Source: an uncultured Polaromonas sp. (lineage in GTDB: Bacteria; Pseudomonadota; Gammaproteobacteria; Burkholderiales; Burkholderiaceae_C). Taken from it: a stretch of 64,000 nucleotides of DNA. The position numbers and the translations under genes are program-made. The stretch spans positions 11,055 to 75,054 of the forward strand of contig CAYJMW010000008.1 in assembly GCA_964371235.1 (NCBI GenBank), written 5' to 3'. Below the pieces are notes generated by a model. The model was not told the DNA's origin. It searched no databases and saw only the letters and a list, made by a program, of their open reading frames with translations. The stretch's first letter is position 1, and every line of letters starts with the position of its first letter. This document shows positions 23,453 through 31,623 of the stretch, piece after piece.

Positions 23453-23895
23453 ACATTGACGTTAAGATTCTCGATCCGCGCCTGCAGGGCAACCTTCCCC
23501 ATTACGCCACGCCAGGCAGCGCCGGCCTGGACTTGCGCGCCTGCCTGGATGCGCCGCTCACGCTGGGGGCCAACGCCTGGCAGCTTGTGCCCACCGGCAT
23601 GGCGATTTACCTGCACGATCCCGGCTATGCCGCGCTCATTCTTCCGCGCTCCGGGCTGGGTCACAAGCATGGCATTGTGCTGGGCAACCTGGTGGGCCTG
23701 ATTGACAGCGACTACCAGGGACAGTTGATGGTCAGCGCATGGAATCGCAGCGACGTGCCTTTCACCATTGAACCCATGGAGCGCATTGCGCAACTGGTGA
23801 TCGTGCCGGTCGTGCAGGCGCGGTTTAATGTGGTCACCGGGTTTCCCGTCAGCCAACGCGGTGCAGGCGGGTATGGCTCAACCGGCAAGGGCTAG
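23449..23895 (+). CDS. dut: dUTPase
   Basis: [25 protein letters not shown] and [10 protein letters not shown]. Confidence 0.98.
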   Translation: MNIDVKILDPRLQGNLPHYATPGSAGLDLRACLDAPLTLGANAWQLVPTGMAIYLHDPGYAALILPRSGLGHKHGIVLGNLVGLIDSDYQGQLMVSAWNRSDVPFTIEPMERIAQLVIVPVVQARFNVVTGFPVSQRGAGGYGSTGKG

Positions 23896-24100
23896 ATTTT
23901 CAATCACTCCCTGCCGTGCGTCAGGGATTTCCTACATCGATGGATAGCGGTTTCCCACGCCGGGACTGCCTGATGCCCCATTTCCTGTCCGGGATGAAGG
24001 GCATGTAATCAGGCCATGGGTGCCCTCGGATCATCTGCTCGCTGATCGGAGTGAATTGATGGCGAAAGGGCCCCGCGAACTTCATTCACAGGAGATTTCC

Positions 24101-24589
24101 ATGCGCCACGCTTCACGCTTTATTTCAGTTTCTTCTTCAGTGCTGCTTATGGTCAGCCTGGCCGCCTGCGTTGCGCCACCGATGAACGCACAGGCACCAA
24201 CCTACCCGACCTCGAGCTACCCTGCGCAGAATCCGCAGGGCAACTACGTTGAATACGGGCGTGTCAGCAACGTGGAAACCCTCCAGACTCAGGGCCAAGG
24301 CCCGACCACCGGGGTTGGAGCTGTGCTTGGTGGCGTCGCCGGCGCGGTTATTGGCCATCAGATCGGTGGCGGTGGCGGACGTGATGTCGCCACGGTGATC
24401 GGCGCTGTGGGTGGCGCGGTCGCCGGCAATGCCATTGAGAAGAACCGGAACAGCAACGTTCAGCAAAGCTATCGTCTCACCATCCAGCTCGACAATGGCG
24501 GCTTCCGCGCCTATGACGTGCCGTCCTACGGCGATCTGCGGCCAGGAGACCGGGTGCGGATTGAAAATGGGCAGATATTCCGCTCCTGA
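24101..24589 (+). CDS. glycine-zipper 2TM outer-membrane lipoprotein (SlyB-like)
   Basis: Lipobox LAAC; GAVLGGVAGAVIGHQIGGG glycine zipper; RBS AGGAG. Confidence 0.88.
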   Translation: MRHASRFISVSSSVLLMVSLAACVAPPMNAQAPTYPTSSYPAQNPQGNYVEYGRVSNVETLQTQGQGPTTGVGAVLGGVAGAVIGHQIGGGGGRDVATVIGAVGGAVAGNAIEKNRNSNVQQSYRLTIQLDNGGFRAYDVPSYGDLRPGDRVRIENGQIFRS

Positions 24590-24663
24590 GACCCTTTTCG
24601 GGACAGTGGTGGTGCGGCAGTTCTGCCACAACGCCATTGCGTTGCGCAGATCATCTGACTTGA

Positions 24664-25188
24664 TCAGTGCAGCGTGTCGTTGCCGGGCATCAGCGGTTCC
24701 AGCCTGAAAAAGCCGGTACCCAGGGTGCCCTGGCCAATTTCGTTCTCGCTGGCCTGGCGCACGGACTCGACCCTGGCAGATAGCCTGATCGCAATTCCGG
24801 CGAGTGGGTGGTTCCCGTCAAGCACCACGTGCTCCGGGTAAACTTCGGTCACCGTATAAATGTGATCCTGCGGTATTTGCCCGTTGGCGCCCGCCGGCAA
24901 GGCTGCGCCGTCGAAAGTCATGCCTTCTTCCATCTCAGCCGGGAACAGCGCGCGGGCTTCGAGGAAAACCAGGTTCTCATCGTAGTCACCGAACGCGTGT
25001 TCAGGCTCCAGGTGCAACTCAAGCCGGTCTCCGGATTGATGGCCTTGCAATGCTTCCTCGATCTTGGCCAGCAAATCATCGCCGCCGAGCAAAAACTCCA
25101 CCGGCTCGTCCAGCTCATCGAGCACATCGCCCAAGGTGTCTTTCAGCGTCCATGTGAGGGCTACGACGCATTGCGGGGTGATTTTCAT
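24664..25188 (-). CDS. FKBP-type peptidyl-prolyl isomerase (SlyD-like)
   Basis: MKITPQCVVALTWTL, AFGDYDE and LDGNHPLAG. Confidence 0.92.
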   Translation of the reverse strand: MKITPQCVVALTWTLKDTLGDVLDELDEPVEFLLGGDDLLAKIEEALQGHQSGDRLELHLEPEHAFGDYDENLVFLEARALFPAEMEEGMTFDGAALPAGANGQIPQDHIYTVTEVYPEHVVLDGNHPLAGIAIRLSARVESVRQASENEIGQGTLGTGFFRLEPLMPGNDTLH

Positions 25189-25369
25189 CCGGCAATTGTC
25201 CCATGGATGTCCTGCCGCCTGACCCGGCCCGGCCCGTTCGGCAACGAGACCACGTCGCCGAAAAAACAGGCAGGTGCGGCAGAAACGCAATAAACTGCAA
25301 AGTGCAGCGACCTCAAGCGCGCCGCGACGATTCCGCGGAAAATCGGATAAAAACCAAGGAGAATGACTC

Positions 25370-25882
25370 ATGGATTCTCAACAGGTACCCGCTATGCCAC
25401 CGGCCTTGCTTGAAGGCCGTTTCAGCGGCCGGGTCGAGTTCACGGATTTGATCCGTCAGGCGTTTGCCGTAGCCGCGGTTCAGGGCTGGCGCGAGATCAT
25501 TTTGTGTGATCCAAATTTTGAGGACTGGCCTTTGGGCGAGCGCCTGGTGGCGCAAGCCCTGAACGACTGGTCCAAGACCGGTCGCAGGCTCACAATGCTT
25601 GCCACAACTTACGACGAGGTCATGCGGCGGCACACGCGTTTTGTGAGCTGGCGGAAAACCTGGGCGCACATTGTGGAATGCCGCGCAGGCACTGGTGTGC
25701 CGGATGGAGACATGCCGAGCGCCCTATGGGCTCCCGGGTGGAGTTTTGAGCGCTTTGACCGGGAGCGCTGCCGGGGCGTTGCCGGGTCCGAGGCGGCCCG
25801 GCGCGTGGCATTGAGAGAGCGGCTCAATGAGCGCTTGCTTAGAAGCGCACCCGCTTTCCCCGCCAACACTTTGGGTCTTTAG
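25370..25882 (+). CDS. conserved hypothetical protein
   Basis: 170-aa ORF with RBS AAGGAG and typical codon usage; no motif recognised. Confidence 0.75.
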   Translation: MDSQQVPAMPPALLEGRFSGRVEFTDLIRQAFAVAAVQGWREIILCDPNFEDWPLGERLVAQALNDWSKTGRRLTMLATTYDEVMRRHTRFVSWRKTWAHIVECRAGTGVPDGDMPSALWAPGWSFERFDRERCRGVAGSEAARRVALRERLNERLLRSAPAFPANTLGL

Positions 25883-26091
25883 GAGATGTTGTTTTTTTGG
25901 CTGATTCTGTTCCGCGGCGCGATAGATAGAGAGCTCTAAGGGTTTTCAGGGTTGTTTTTTTCAGCATATAATTTATGGCCGAGTCAAGAACTCGAGTCCT
26001 TTCCCAGGTCAGAACATAACTTGGATTTTGATTTTGGTTTCTATTGGCAATTTCCGGAAATTGTTTTCTTAATTCATCAAGGATCGTAAAA

Positions 26092-26337
26092 ATGAACAAG
26101 TCTCTAGTCTTGGCAGCTTTGGTTGCCGCTGTTGCTTTGGCCGCCTGCGGCAAAAAAGAAGAAGCGCCAGCACCTGCACCCGCACCTGTCGTTGTTACGC
26201 CCGCACCTGTGGTGGCTGCACCCGCTCCGGCAGCTGATGCTTCCGCTGCTGCTGGTTCCGCTGCTCCCGCGATGGAGCCCGCCAAGGACGCAAGCGCTGC
26301 TGCGGGCGCTGCCGCTGACGCCGCAAAGAAGCCGTAA
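26092..26337 (+). CDS. small Ala/Pro-rich lipoprotein
   Basis: Lipobox LAAC followed by GKKEEAPAPAP; low-complexity PA repeats; terminator downstream. Confidence 0.85.
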   Translation: MNKSLVLAALVAAVALAACGKKEEAPAPAPAPVVVTPAPVVAAPAPAADASAAAGSAAPAMEPAKDASAAAGAAADAAKKP

Positions 26338-26361
26338 TGAAGTGATTCTTTCGCGCATCGT

Positions 26362-26389
26362 AAAAAAGCCGCCTTTGGGCGGCTTTTTT
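26362..26389. terminator. bidirectional intrinsic terminator
   Basis: AAAAAAGCCGCC-TTTG-GGCGGCTTTTTT between convergent genes. Confidence 0.9.
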
Positions 26390-26428
26390 CTTGGCTACGC
26401 GCGCGGCAACCGGGCAAAAGATGCATCT

Positions 26429-27202
26429 TCAGACCTGCAGCCAGGGTGTGCCACCAGCGGCATCCGCGATCACAATGTCGCTGCCATGGCAGCCCAAAGC
26501 CTTTTGCAGCGCCTCCCGCGCCAGTTCCGGCCGGTTGTTTTGGGCGCTCAAATGGGCTGCTACCAAATGCTTGAGGCCACCGTGCGCCAGGACGCTGGCG
26601 ATGTGGCCTGCCGCCGTATTGGACAGGTGTCCATATTGGCCGCTCACCCGCCGCTTCAGGAATGGCGGGTAGCTTGACTGGCTCAGCATCTCGCTGTCGT
26701 GGTTGCATTCCAGCAGCAACGCATCGCAGGCCTTCAGATGGGCCGTCACGTGAGCCGTGGCATGGCCCAGATCGGTCAGAAGCCCCAGCTTTGCCGAGCC
26801 ATCCGTGCAACTGAGCTGCAAGGGCTCCCGGGCATCGTGTGGAACGGTGAAGGGGGTTAGTTGGAGCCCGCCGAGATCAATCGATTCACTGTCGCACGCC
26901 GTGTGAAGCAAGCCCTCAAAATCGGGTGACCCGATCGCGGCGTGGGTGCCGCGGCTCATCCAGACCGGAGTCCGCCAGCGCAGGCACAGCGCACGCGCGC
27001 AACCGATATGGTCCGCGTGTTCATGGGTGATAAACACGGCATGGATGTCCTCAGGACACAGCCCGGCTTGGGCCAGCCGCTGCAGCAGCGGCTTGAGGCC
27101 CAGCCCGCAATCGACCAGCAGACGGAACGTTGGCGTGCCAATGGCTTCGACCAGCGTGGCGTTTCCGGAACTGCCGCTGCCCAGACTTTTGAACCTTAGC
27201 AC
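26429..27202 (-). CDS. MBL-fold metallo-hydrolase (YycJ/WalJ-like)
   Basis: SLGSGSSGN, THEHADH, VPHDA and LECNHD. Confidence 0.92.
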   Translation of the reverse strand: MLRFKSLGSGSSGNATLVEAIGTPTFRLLVDCGLGLKPLLQRLAQAGLCPEDIHAVFITHEHADHIGCARALCLRWRTPVWMSRGTHAAIGSPDFEGLLHTACDSESIDLGGLQLTPFTVPHDAREPLQLSCTDGSAKLGLLTDLGHATAHVTAHLKACDALLLECNHDSEMLSQSSYPPFLKRRVSGQYGHLSNTAAGHIASVLAHGGLKHLVAAHLSAQNNRPELAREALQKALGCHGSDIVIADAAGGTPWLQV

Positions 27203-27239
27203 CGCGATTGCGCTCGTTCGCTGGGGTCCGATGCTGCCT

Positions 27240-28397
27240 TTATTTCAGGTCGTCGGCGATCACCTTCACAATGCGCTCGGCATTGGCTGACGATTCGGGC
27301 GCGCCCTGTTCATTCAGGACGGATACGACGGAATTCTCGCCCTGGCTCTTGACCGCGATGCGGTATTTCAATGGGGGCAGCGCGGGCGGGGTGCTGCTGA
27401 ACAGTTTGCCGAAGAAGCCGGGTTTGCTGGGGTTGGTGTCAGGCGCGACATAGCGTACAAAGTAAATGCCCTGAGCGCGGTCCCGGTCCTCGACGGTAAA
27501 GCCGGTGCGGTCCAGTGCCAGGCCGACCCGGCGCCAAGCCCGGTCGAAGCCCTCGTCGATCTGCACCACCGGCAGGTTGTTAACCACGGCGGCACGAGAT
27601 GTCGGAGGGGTGGCGCCAGAGGCCACGAGGACTTTGGATTGCTCCTGCGTCACGCCCAGCTTGACCATCAGACGGCGCAAGAATTCGGCTTCCAGTTCCG
27701 GGTCGGCCGGTCGGGGTTGCCAGACGGTGCTGCCGTCAAGCTTGCCCGTGGAAGCCTTGTTCCCGGAGGCAAAGACCTCCTCCATGCCGCGATGGCTGAC
27801 GTAAATTTCGGTGCCGCCGTCGGGTCTGCGCTCCAGACGGGTGCGGAACTTGTCGCGCTCCGAGGTGGAGTAGATCGAATCGAACACCTTGCCGAGCGTC
27901 TGACGAATGAAATCTTGTGGAATTTTGGCGCGGTTTTCGGCCCAGTCGGTTTCCATGATGCCCAGGTTAGCCTGATCCAGCGCCAGCAGAAAGCCGCTTT
28001 CCTGCCAGAAATCACGCACCGGGCCCCAGAGTTTGTCAGCGGGCCGGTTGACGACCAGCCAGCGCTGGCTGCCTGCTCGCTCGATCCGGACGTCGCCCAC
28101 CGCAAGCGTTGCGGTCGGCACCGTCTGTGCGGCTGCCTGGCCCACCTGGTAGCTGCTGGCCGTCACGGCCGTGCCGGGAACGACGTAATGCCCTTCGCGG
28201 GTGAGCTGGGTCAGGTCGGGCGGAATTTCCAGCGACGGAGCTTTGCCGCCGCTGGATTTGTAGTCAACCCGGTCGCCCTCCGTCATTTCCTTGAGGGTGG
28301 AGCAGCCCGCCAGCAGGCTGATGGCCAGCAGCGCCGAGATGGCGGCCGCACTGTGGGCTTGGAATGCGAAGAGGGGGCGTTTTTGCAGTAGCGTCAC
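27240..28397 (-). CDS. bamC: outer membrane assembly lipoprotein BamC
   Basis: Lipobox LAGC, LEIPPDL and METDWAENRAKIP; follows dapA. Confidence 0.93.
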   Translation of the reverse strand: MTLLQKRPLFAFQAHSAAAISALLAISLLAGCSTLKEMTEGDRVDYKSSGGKAPSLEIPPDLTQLTREGHYVVPGTAVTASSYQVGQAAAQTVPTATLAVGDVRIERAGSQRWLVVNRPADKLWGPVRDFWQESGFLLALDQANLGIMETDWAENRAKIPQDFIRQTLGKVFDSIYSTSERDKFRTRLERRPDGGTEIYVSHRGMEEVFASGNKASTGKLDGSTVWQPRPADPELEAEFLRRLMVKLGVTQEQSKVLVASGATPPTSRAAVVNNLPVVQIDEGFDRAWRRVGLALDRTGFTVEDRDRAQGIYFVRYVAPDTNPSKPGFFGKLFSSTPPALPPLKYRIAVKSQGENSVVSVLNEQGAPESSANAERIVKVIADDLK

Positions 28398-28415
28398 TTG
28401 GAGTTCCCTAAATAG

Positions 28416-29300
28416 TCAGATCAGGCCGCACACGCGCAGGGCGTTTTCCACGACCGCTTCGTTCGACGTGTCAAGCGGAGTCATAGGTAGCCGCAGCGTG
28501 CCACCGCAAAGCCCCATCCGGGCCATCGCCCACTTGACGGGAATCGGGTTGGCTTCGACAAACAGGTTCTTGTGCAGCGGCAGCAGCTTGAGTTGCAGTT
28601 CCATCGCGCTCCTGGCGTTGCCCGCCACGGCAGCCACGCACAACTCGTGCATGAGCCGGGGCGCGACGTTGGCCGTCACGCTGATGTTGCCCTGGCCACC
28701 GCAAAGCATCAGGGCCACGGCGGTTGAGTCATCGCCGGAATACACGGCGAAGCCTTTGGGGACTTCCTTGATCAGCCACTGCGCCCGATCGATGTTGCCG
28801 GTGGCTTCCTTGATGCCCACAATACCGGGCACCTGGGCCAGGCGCAGCACGGTGTCGTGCGCCATATCGGTCACGGTGCGACCCGGTACGTTGTACAGGA
28901 TGGTCGGTAAATCGCCCACTGCTTCGGCAATCGCCCTGAAATGGCGGTACTGGCCCTCTTGCGTTGGCTTGTTGTAGTAGGGCACCACCTGCAACTGGCA
29001 GTCGGCGCCCACCTGCCTGGCAAACCTGGCCAGTTCGATCGCCTCAGTGGTGGAGTTGGCGCCGCAGCCGGCCATGATGGGGACGCGTTTTTTTGCCTGC
29101 TCCACCGCGACGCGGATGACTTCGCAGTGCTCTTGAACGTTGACGGTGGGCGATTCGCCCGTGGTGCCGACCACACAGATGCAGTCGGTGCCTTCGGCGA
29201 TGTGCCAGTCCACCAGCTTGCGCAGCGCGGGATAGTCCACGCTGCCGCCTTCGTGCATGGGTGTCGCGAGTGCAACGATGCTGCCAATAATGGTTTTCAT
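28416..29300 (-). CDS. dapA: 4-hydroxy-tetrahydrodipicolinate synthase
   Basis: [24 protein letters not shown] and GIKEATG. Confidence 0.97.
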   Translation of the reverse strand: MKTIIGSIVALATPMHEGGSVDYPALRKLVDWHIAEGTDCICVVGTTGESPTVNVQEHCEVIRVAVEQAKKRVPIMAGCGANSTTEAIELARFARQVGADCQLQVVPYYNKPTQEGQYRHFRAIAEAVGDLPTILYNVPGRTVTDMAHDTVLRLAQVPGIVGIKEATGNIDRAQWLIKEVPKGFAVYSGDDSTAVALMLCGGQGNISVTANVAPRLMHELCVAAVAGNARSAMELQLKLLPLHKNLFVEANPIPVKWAMARMGLCGGTLRLPMTPLDTSNEAVVENALRVCGLI

Positions 29301-29392
29301 GTCTGGGTGGTTCGGTTGGAGGCCAAGGTGCTGGCCGGGTTGGACAATCCGGAAACCAGCCCGGAGGGCCAAACCTGCATTCTACCCAGAGC

Positions 29393-30022
29393 CTAAGGGA
29401 GTCGATATCGCGGCGGGTGGGCGTTCGCCACGCCACGTGATGCAGGCAAGCCCGCCCCCTTTCCGGCTTCACGAACAGCGGCAATGCGCTGGATGAAGCG
29501 TGGCAGCAGGCCTTGGGATTCCTCCTGAAAACCATCCTCGAAAGCCACCACCCGCAAGCCGCGGCACAACTCAAGCAACTCGCCTGTGCGCAACAAAAAA
29601 TCGGGGTGGGCGGGCTTGCCGACCGTCTCGTTGCCCTGGGTAAAGGTCTCGTAAATCAGCACGCCACCGGGTGCCAGGCTGCCCAGCAGCGTGGGCATCA
29701 GCGGGCGCCACAGGTAGTTGGTGACCACCACTGCGTCAAACTGGCGGCCCGCAAACGGCCAGGGGCCGGTTTCAATATCGGCTACCACAGCCTCGCAGGC
29801 ATGGGCCGGAAGTGCTATCGATTCAATAGCTGACTGCGACCTATCCACAAGGGCTAACCGGTGATTTCGTTCATAGAACCAGCGGGCGTGGCGACCGTGC
29901 CCACAGGCAACATCGAGCACCACGCCAGCGGCAGGCACCAGGTGCGACCAGCGCTTCACCCACGGAGAAGGCGGTGCCGTGTGGGCATCGATGGCATTGG
30001 AGGGATTGATGCTGACTACCAT
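29393..30022 (-). CDS. class I SAM-dependent methyltransferase
   Basis: VLDVACGHGRH, VVTNYLWRP, GGVLIYETF and FLLRTGELL. Confidence 0.88.
   Translation of the reverse strand: MVVSINPSNAIDAHTAPPSPWVKRWSHLVPAAGVVLDVACGHGRHARWFYERNHRLALVDRSQSAIESIALPAHACEAVVADIETGPWPFAGRQFDAVVVTNYLWRPLMPTLLGSLAPGGVLIYETFTQGNETVGKPAHPDFLLRTGELLELCRGLRVVAFEDGFQEESQGLLPRFIQRIAAVREAGKGAGLPASRGVANAHPPRYRLP
29814..29868 (+). repeat. 55-bp dispersed element, copy D (in methyltransferase)
   Basis: GCTAT-CGATTCA-ATAGC TGACTGCGA CCTATCCAC AAGGGCTAA CCGGTGATTTC. Confidence 0.85.
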
Positions 30023-30069
30023 ATTAATAGCTAACTATGCCCGTTCTGACTGGGCCACAGGCCAAAAAA
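30015..30069 (+). repeat. 55-bp dispersed element, copy E (overlaps methyltransferase start)
   Basis: ACTAC-CATATTA-ATAGC TAACTATGC CCGTTCTGA CTGGGCCAC AGGCCAAAAAA. Confidence 0.8.
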
Positions 30070-30091
30070 GCTTGTTAAAGATCCGGAAAAG

Positions 30092-30211
30092 CTAAAAGCA
30101 GGCCCAGACCTGATTAGCCAGCGTGAACAGAAAATCAGGCCGGGTGTAAAGGGCAAATACCGCCAGCAACGCGATGATGACGAGCGCCCAGAGGGCAATT
30201 TTTCTGGCCAT
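30092..30211 (-). CDS. 39-aa small membrane protein (not in the ORF track)
   Basis: ATG at 30211 lies 2 nt after the MFS stop codon; MARKIALWALVIIALLAVFALYTRPDFLFTLANQVWACF, TAG at 30092-94. Confidence 0.7.
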   Translation of the reverse strand: MARKIALWALVIIALLAVFALYTRPDFLFTLANQVWACF

Positions 30212-30212
30212 T

Positions 30213-31463
30213 TCAGGCTCCTTGCGGCAACTTGCCGTGGCCGGGCTGGCCAGCACGGGCAATGGGCGCTTCGCGCACCGGCAAATTTATCAATGCCGCA
30301 AACACGCCCAGCGCGATCGCGATGTACCAGACGATGTCGTAGCTGCCGGTGCGGTCATACAAATAGCCGCCGAGCCAGACGCCCATGAAGGAGCCAATCT
30401 GGTGGCCGAAGAAAATAAAGCCGCTAAGCATCGAGAAGTGCTGGATGCCGAAGATTTGCGCCACCGCCGCATTGGTGGGCGGCACGGTCGATAGCCAAAG
30501 CAGCCCCATCAGGCTGGAAAAAACATAAACACTGGCCGGGCTCAGCGGCGCGGCCAGAAACACCGCAATGACCACCGCGCGCGAAAGATAAATCGTCGCC
30601 AATATTTTTCTTTTGGCGATTCGCTGGCCTAGCGCACCGGCGGCGTAGGTGCCAAACACATTGAACAGGCCAATCAGCGCCAGCGCGTAACCCGCCACCT
30701 GCGGTGACAGGCCATGGTCCTTGAGGTAACTTGGCATATGCACGGCAATAAACACGACCTGAAAGCCACAGACAAAGTAGCCCGCCATCAGCAACTGAAA
30801 GCTCGGGTATTTGAAGGCCTCGCGCAGCGCCTGCACGATGGTTTGCTCACGCTTGGCCAGCGCTGCACCTTTGAAGCTTCCCTCATGCAAACCCAGCGCC
30901 AGCGGGATGATCAGCAGCACGGCGGCGCTGAGCACCAGCAAGGCCTCTTTCCAGCCCAGGCTGCTGATCAGGAAGCTTTCGGCCGGCACCATCAAAAACT
31001 GGCCAAACGAGCCCGCCGCCGCTGCTACGCCCATGGCCCAGGAGCGCCTGTCCGGCGCGATATGGCGACCGATCACGCCGTAAATCACTGCGTAGGTGGT
31101 GCCCGCCTGCGCGGCCCCAATCAACACCCCGGCGGTCAGCGTGAACAAGAGTCCGGTGGGCGACAACGCCATGCCCACCAGGCCCAGCGCATAAAGCAAG
31201 GCGCCGCCAACGACCACGCGAAATGCGCCAAACCGGTCGGCCACCATGCCCGCGAAAATGCCAAAAACGCCCCAGGCCAGGTTCTGCACGGCAATCGCAA
31301 AGGCAAAGGTCTCGCGCGTCCAGCCCTGCGCCTGGGTGATCGGCTGCAGCCACAGCCCGAAACCATGGCGGATGCCCATGGACAGCGTCACAATGGCGGC
31401 GCCGCAGGCCAGCACCTGAAACACCGAAAGCTTTTTGAGGGAAGTGGCGGCGATTGAACTCAT
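30213..31463 (-). CDS. MFS transporter
   Basis: 12 TM helices; GMVADRFGAFRVV MFS motif. Confidence 0.92.
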   Translation of the reverse strand: MSSIAATSLKKLSVFQVLACGAAIVTLSMGIRHGFGLWLQPITQAQGWTRETFAFAIAVQNLAWGVFGIFAGMVADRFGAFRVVVGGALLYALGLVGMALSPTGLLFTLTAGVLIGAAQAGTTYAVIYGVIGRHIAPDRRSWAMGVAAAAGSFGQFLMVPAESFLISSLGWKEALLVLSAAVLLIIPLALGLHEGSFKGAALAKREQTIVQALREAFKYPSFQLLMAGYFVCGFQVVFIAVHMPSYLKDHGLSPQVAGYALALIGLFNVFGTYAAGALGQRIAKRKILATIYLSRAVVIAVFLAAPLSPASVYVFSSLMGLLWLSTVPPTNAAVAQIFGIQHFSMLSGFIFFGHQIGSFMGVWLGGYLYDRTGSYDIVWYIAIALGVFAALINLPVREAPIARAGQPGHGKLPQGA

Positions 31464-31560
31464 GCGCAGACTGTATCGAAAATGTTCCCGGGCCGCCGAC
31501 GGCAGCGCGGATTCCCGTCCGCCGAAATAGCTCGCTTATTGATTGGTCGATTGAACTTAG

Positions 31561-31576
31561 CTGGATATTCATCCAG
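31561..31576. promoter_or_regulatory. palindromic CTG-N10-CAG site (possible LexA box)
   Basis: CTGGATATTCATCCAG in the divergent MFS/parE intergenic region. Confidence 0.45.
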
Positions 31577-31623
31577 TTACTTTCGTGGCCCGGATTACAA
31601 TTACGCGCTTCACCCGAACCGCC

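Noticed and set aside
23900-24059. Imperfect inverted repeat TCAATCACTCC / GGAGTGAATTGA flanking ~150 bp (MITE-like)
   Set aside because: Short, needs a gap to align, and has no target duplication or second copy.
25203-25369. Possible remnant start (MDV...) of a deleted cupin/JmjC gene between the FKBP gene and the hypothetical gene
   Set aside because: Rests only on recalled synteny and three residues; cannot be supported without comparison.
26140-26337. Repetitive GCT/GCC-rich tract as a repeat array
   Set aside because: Explained by Ala/Pro low-complexity coding; no repeat-spacer structure. No CRISPR array was seen anywhere in the window.
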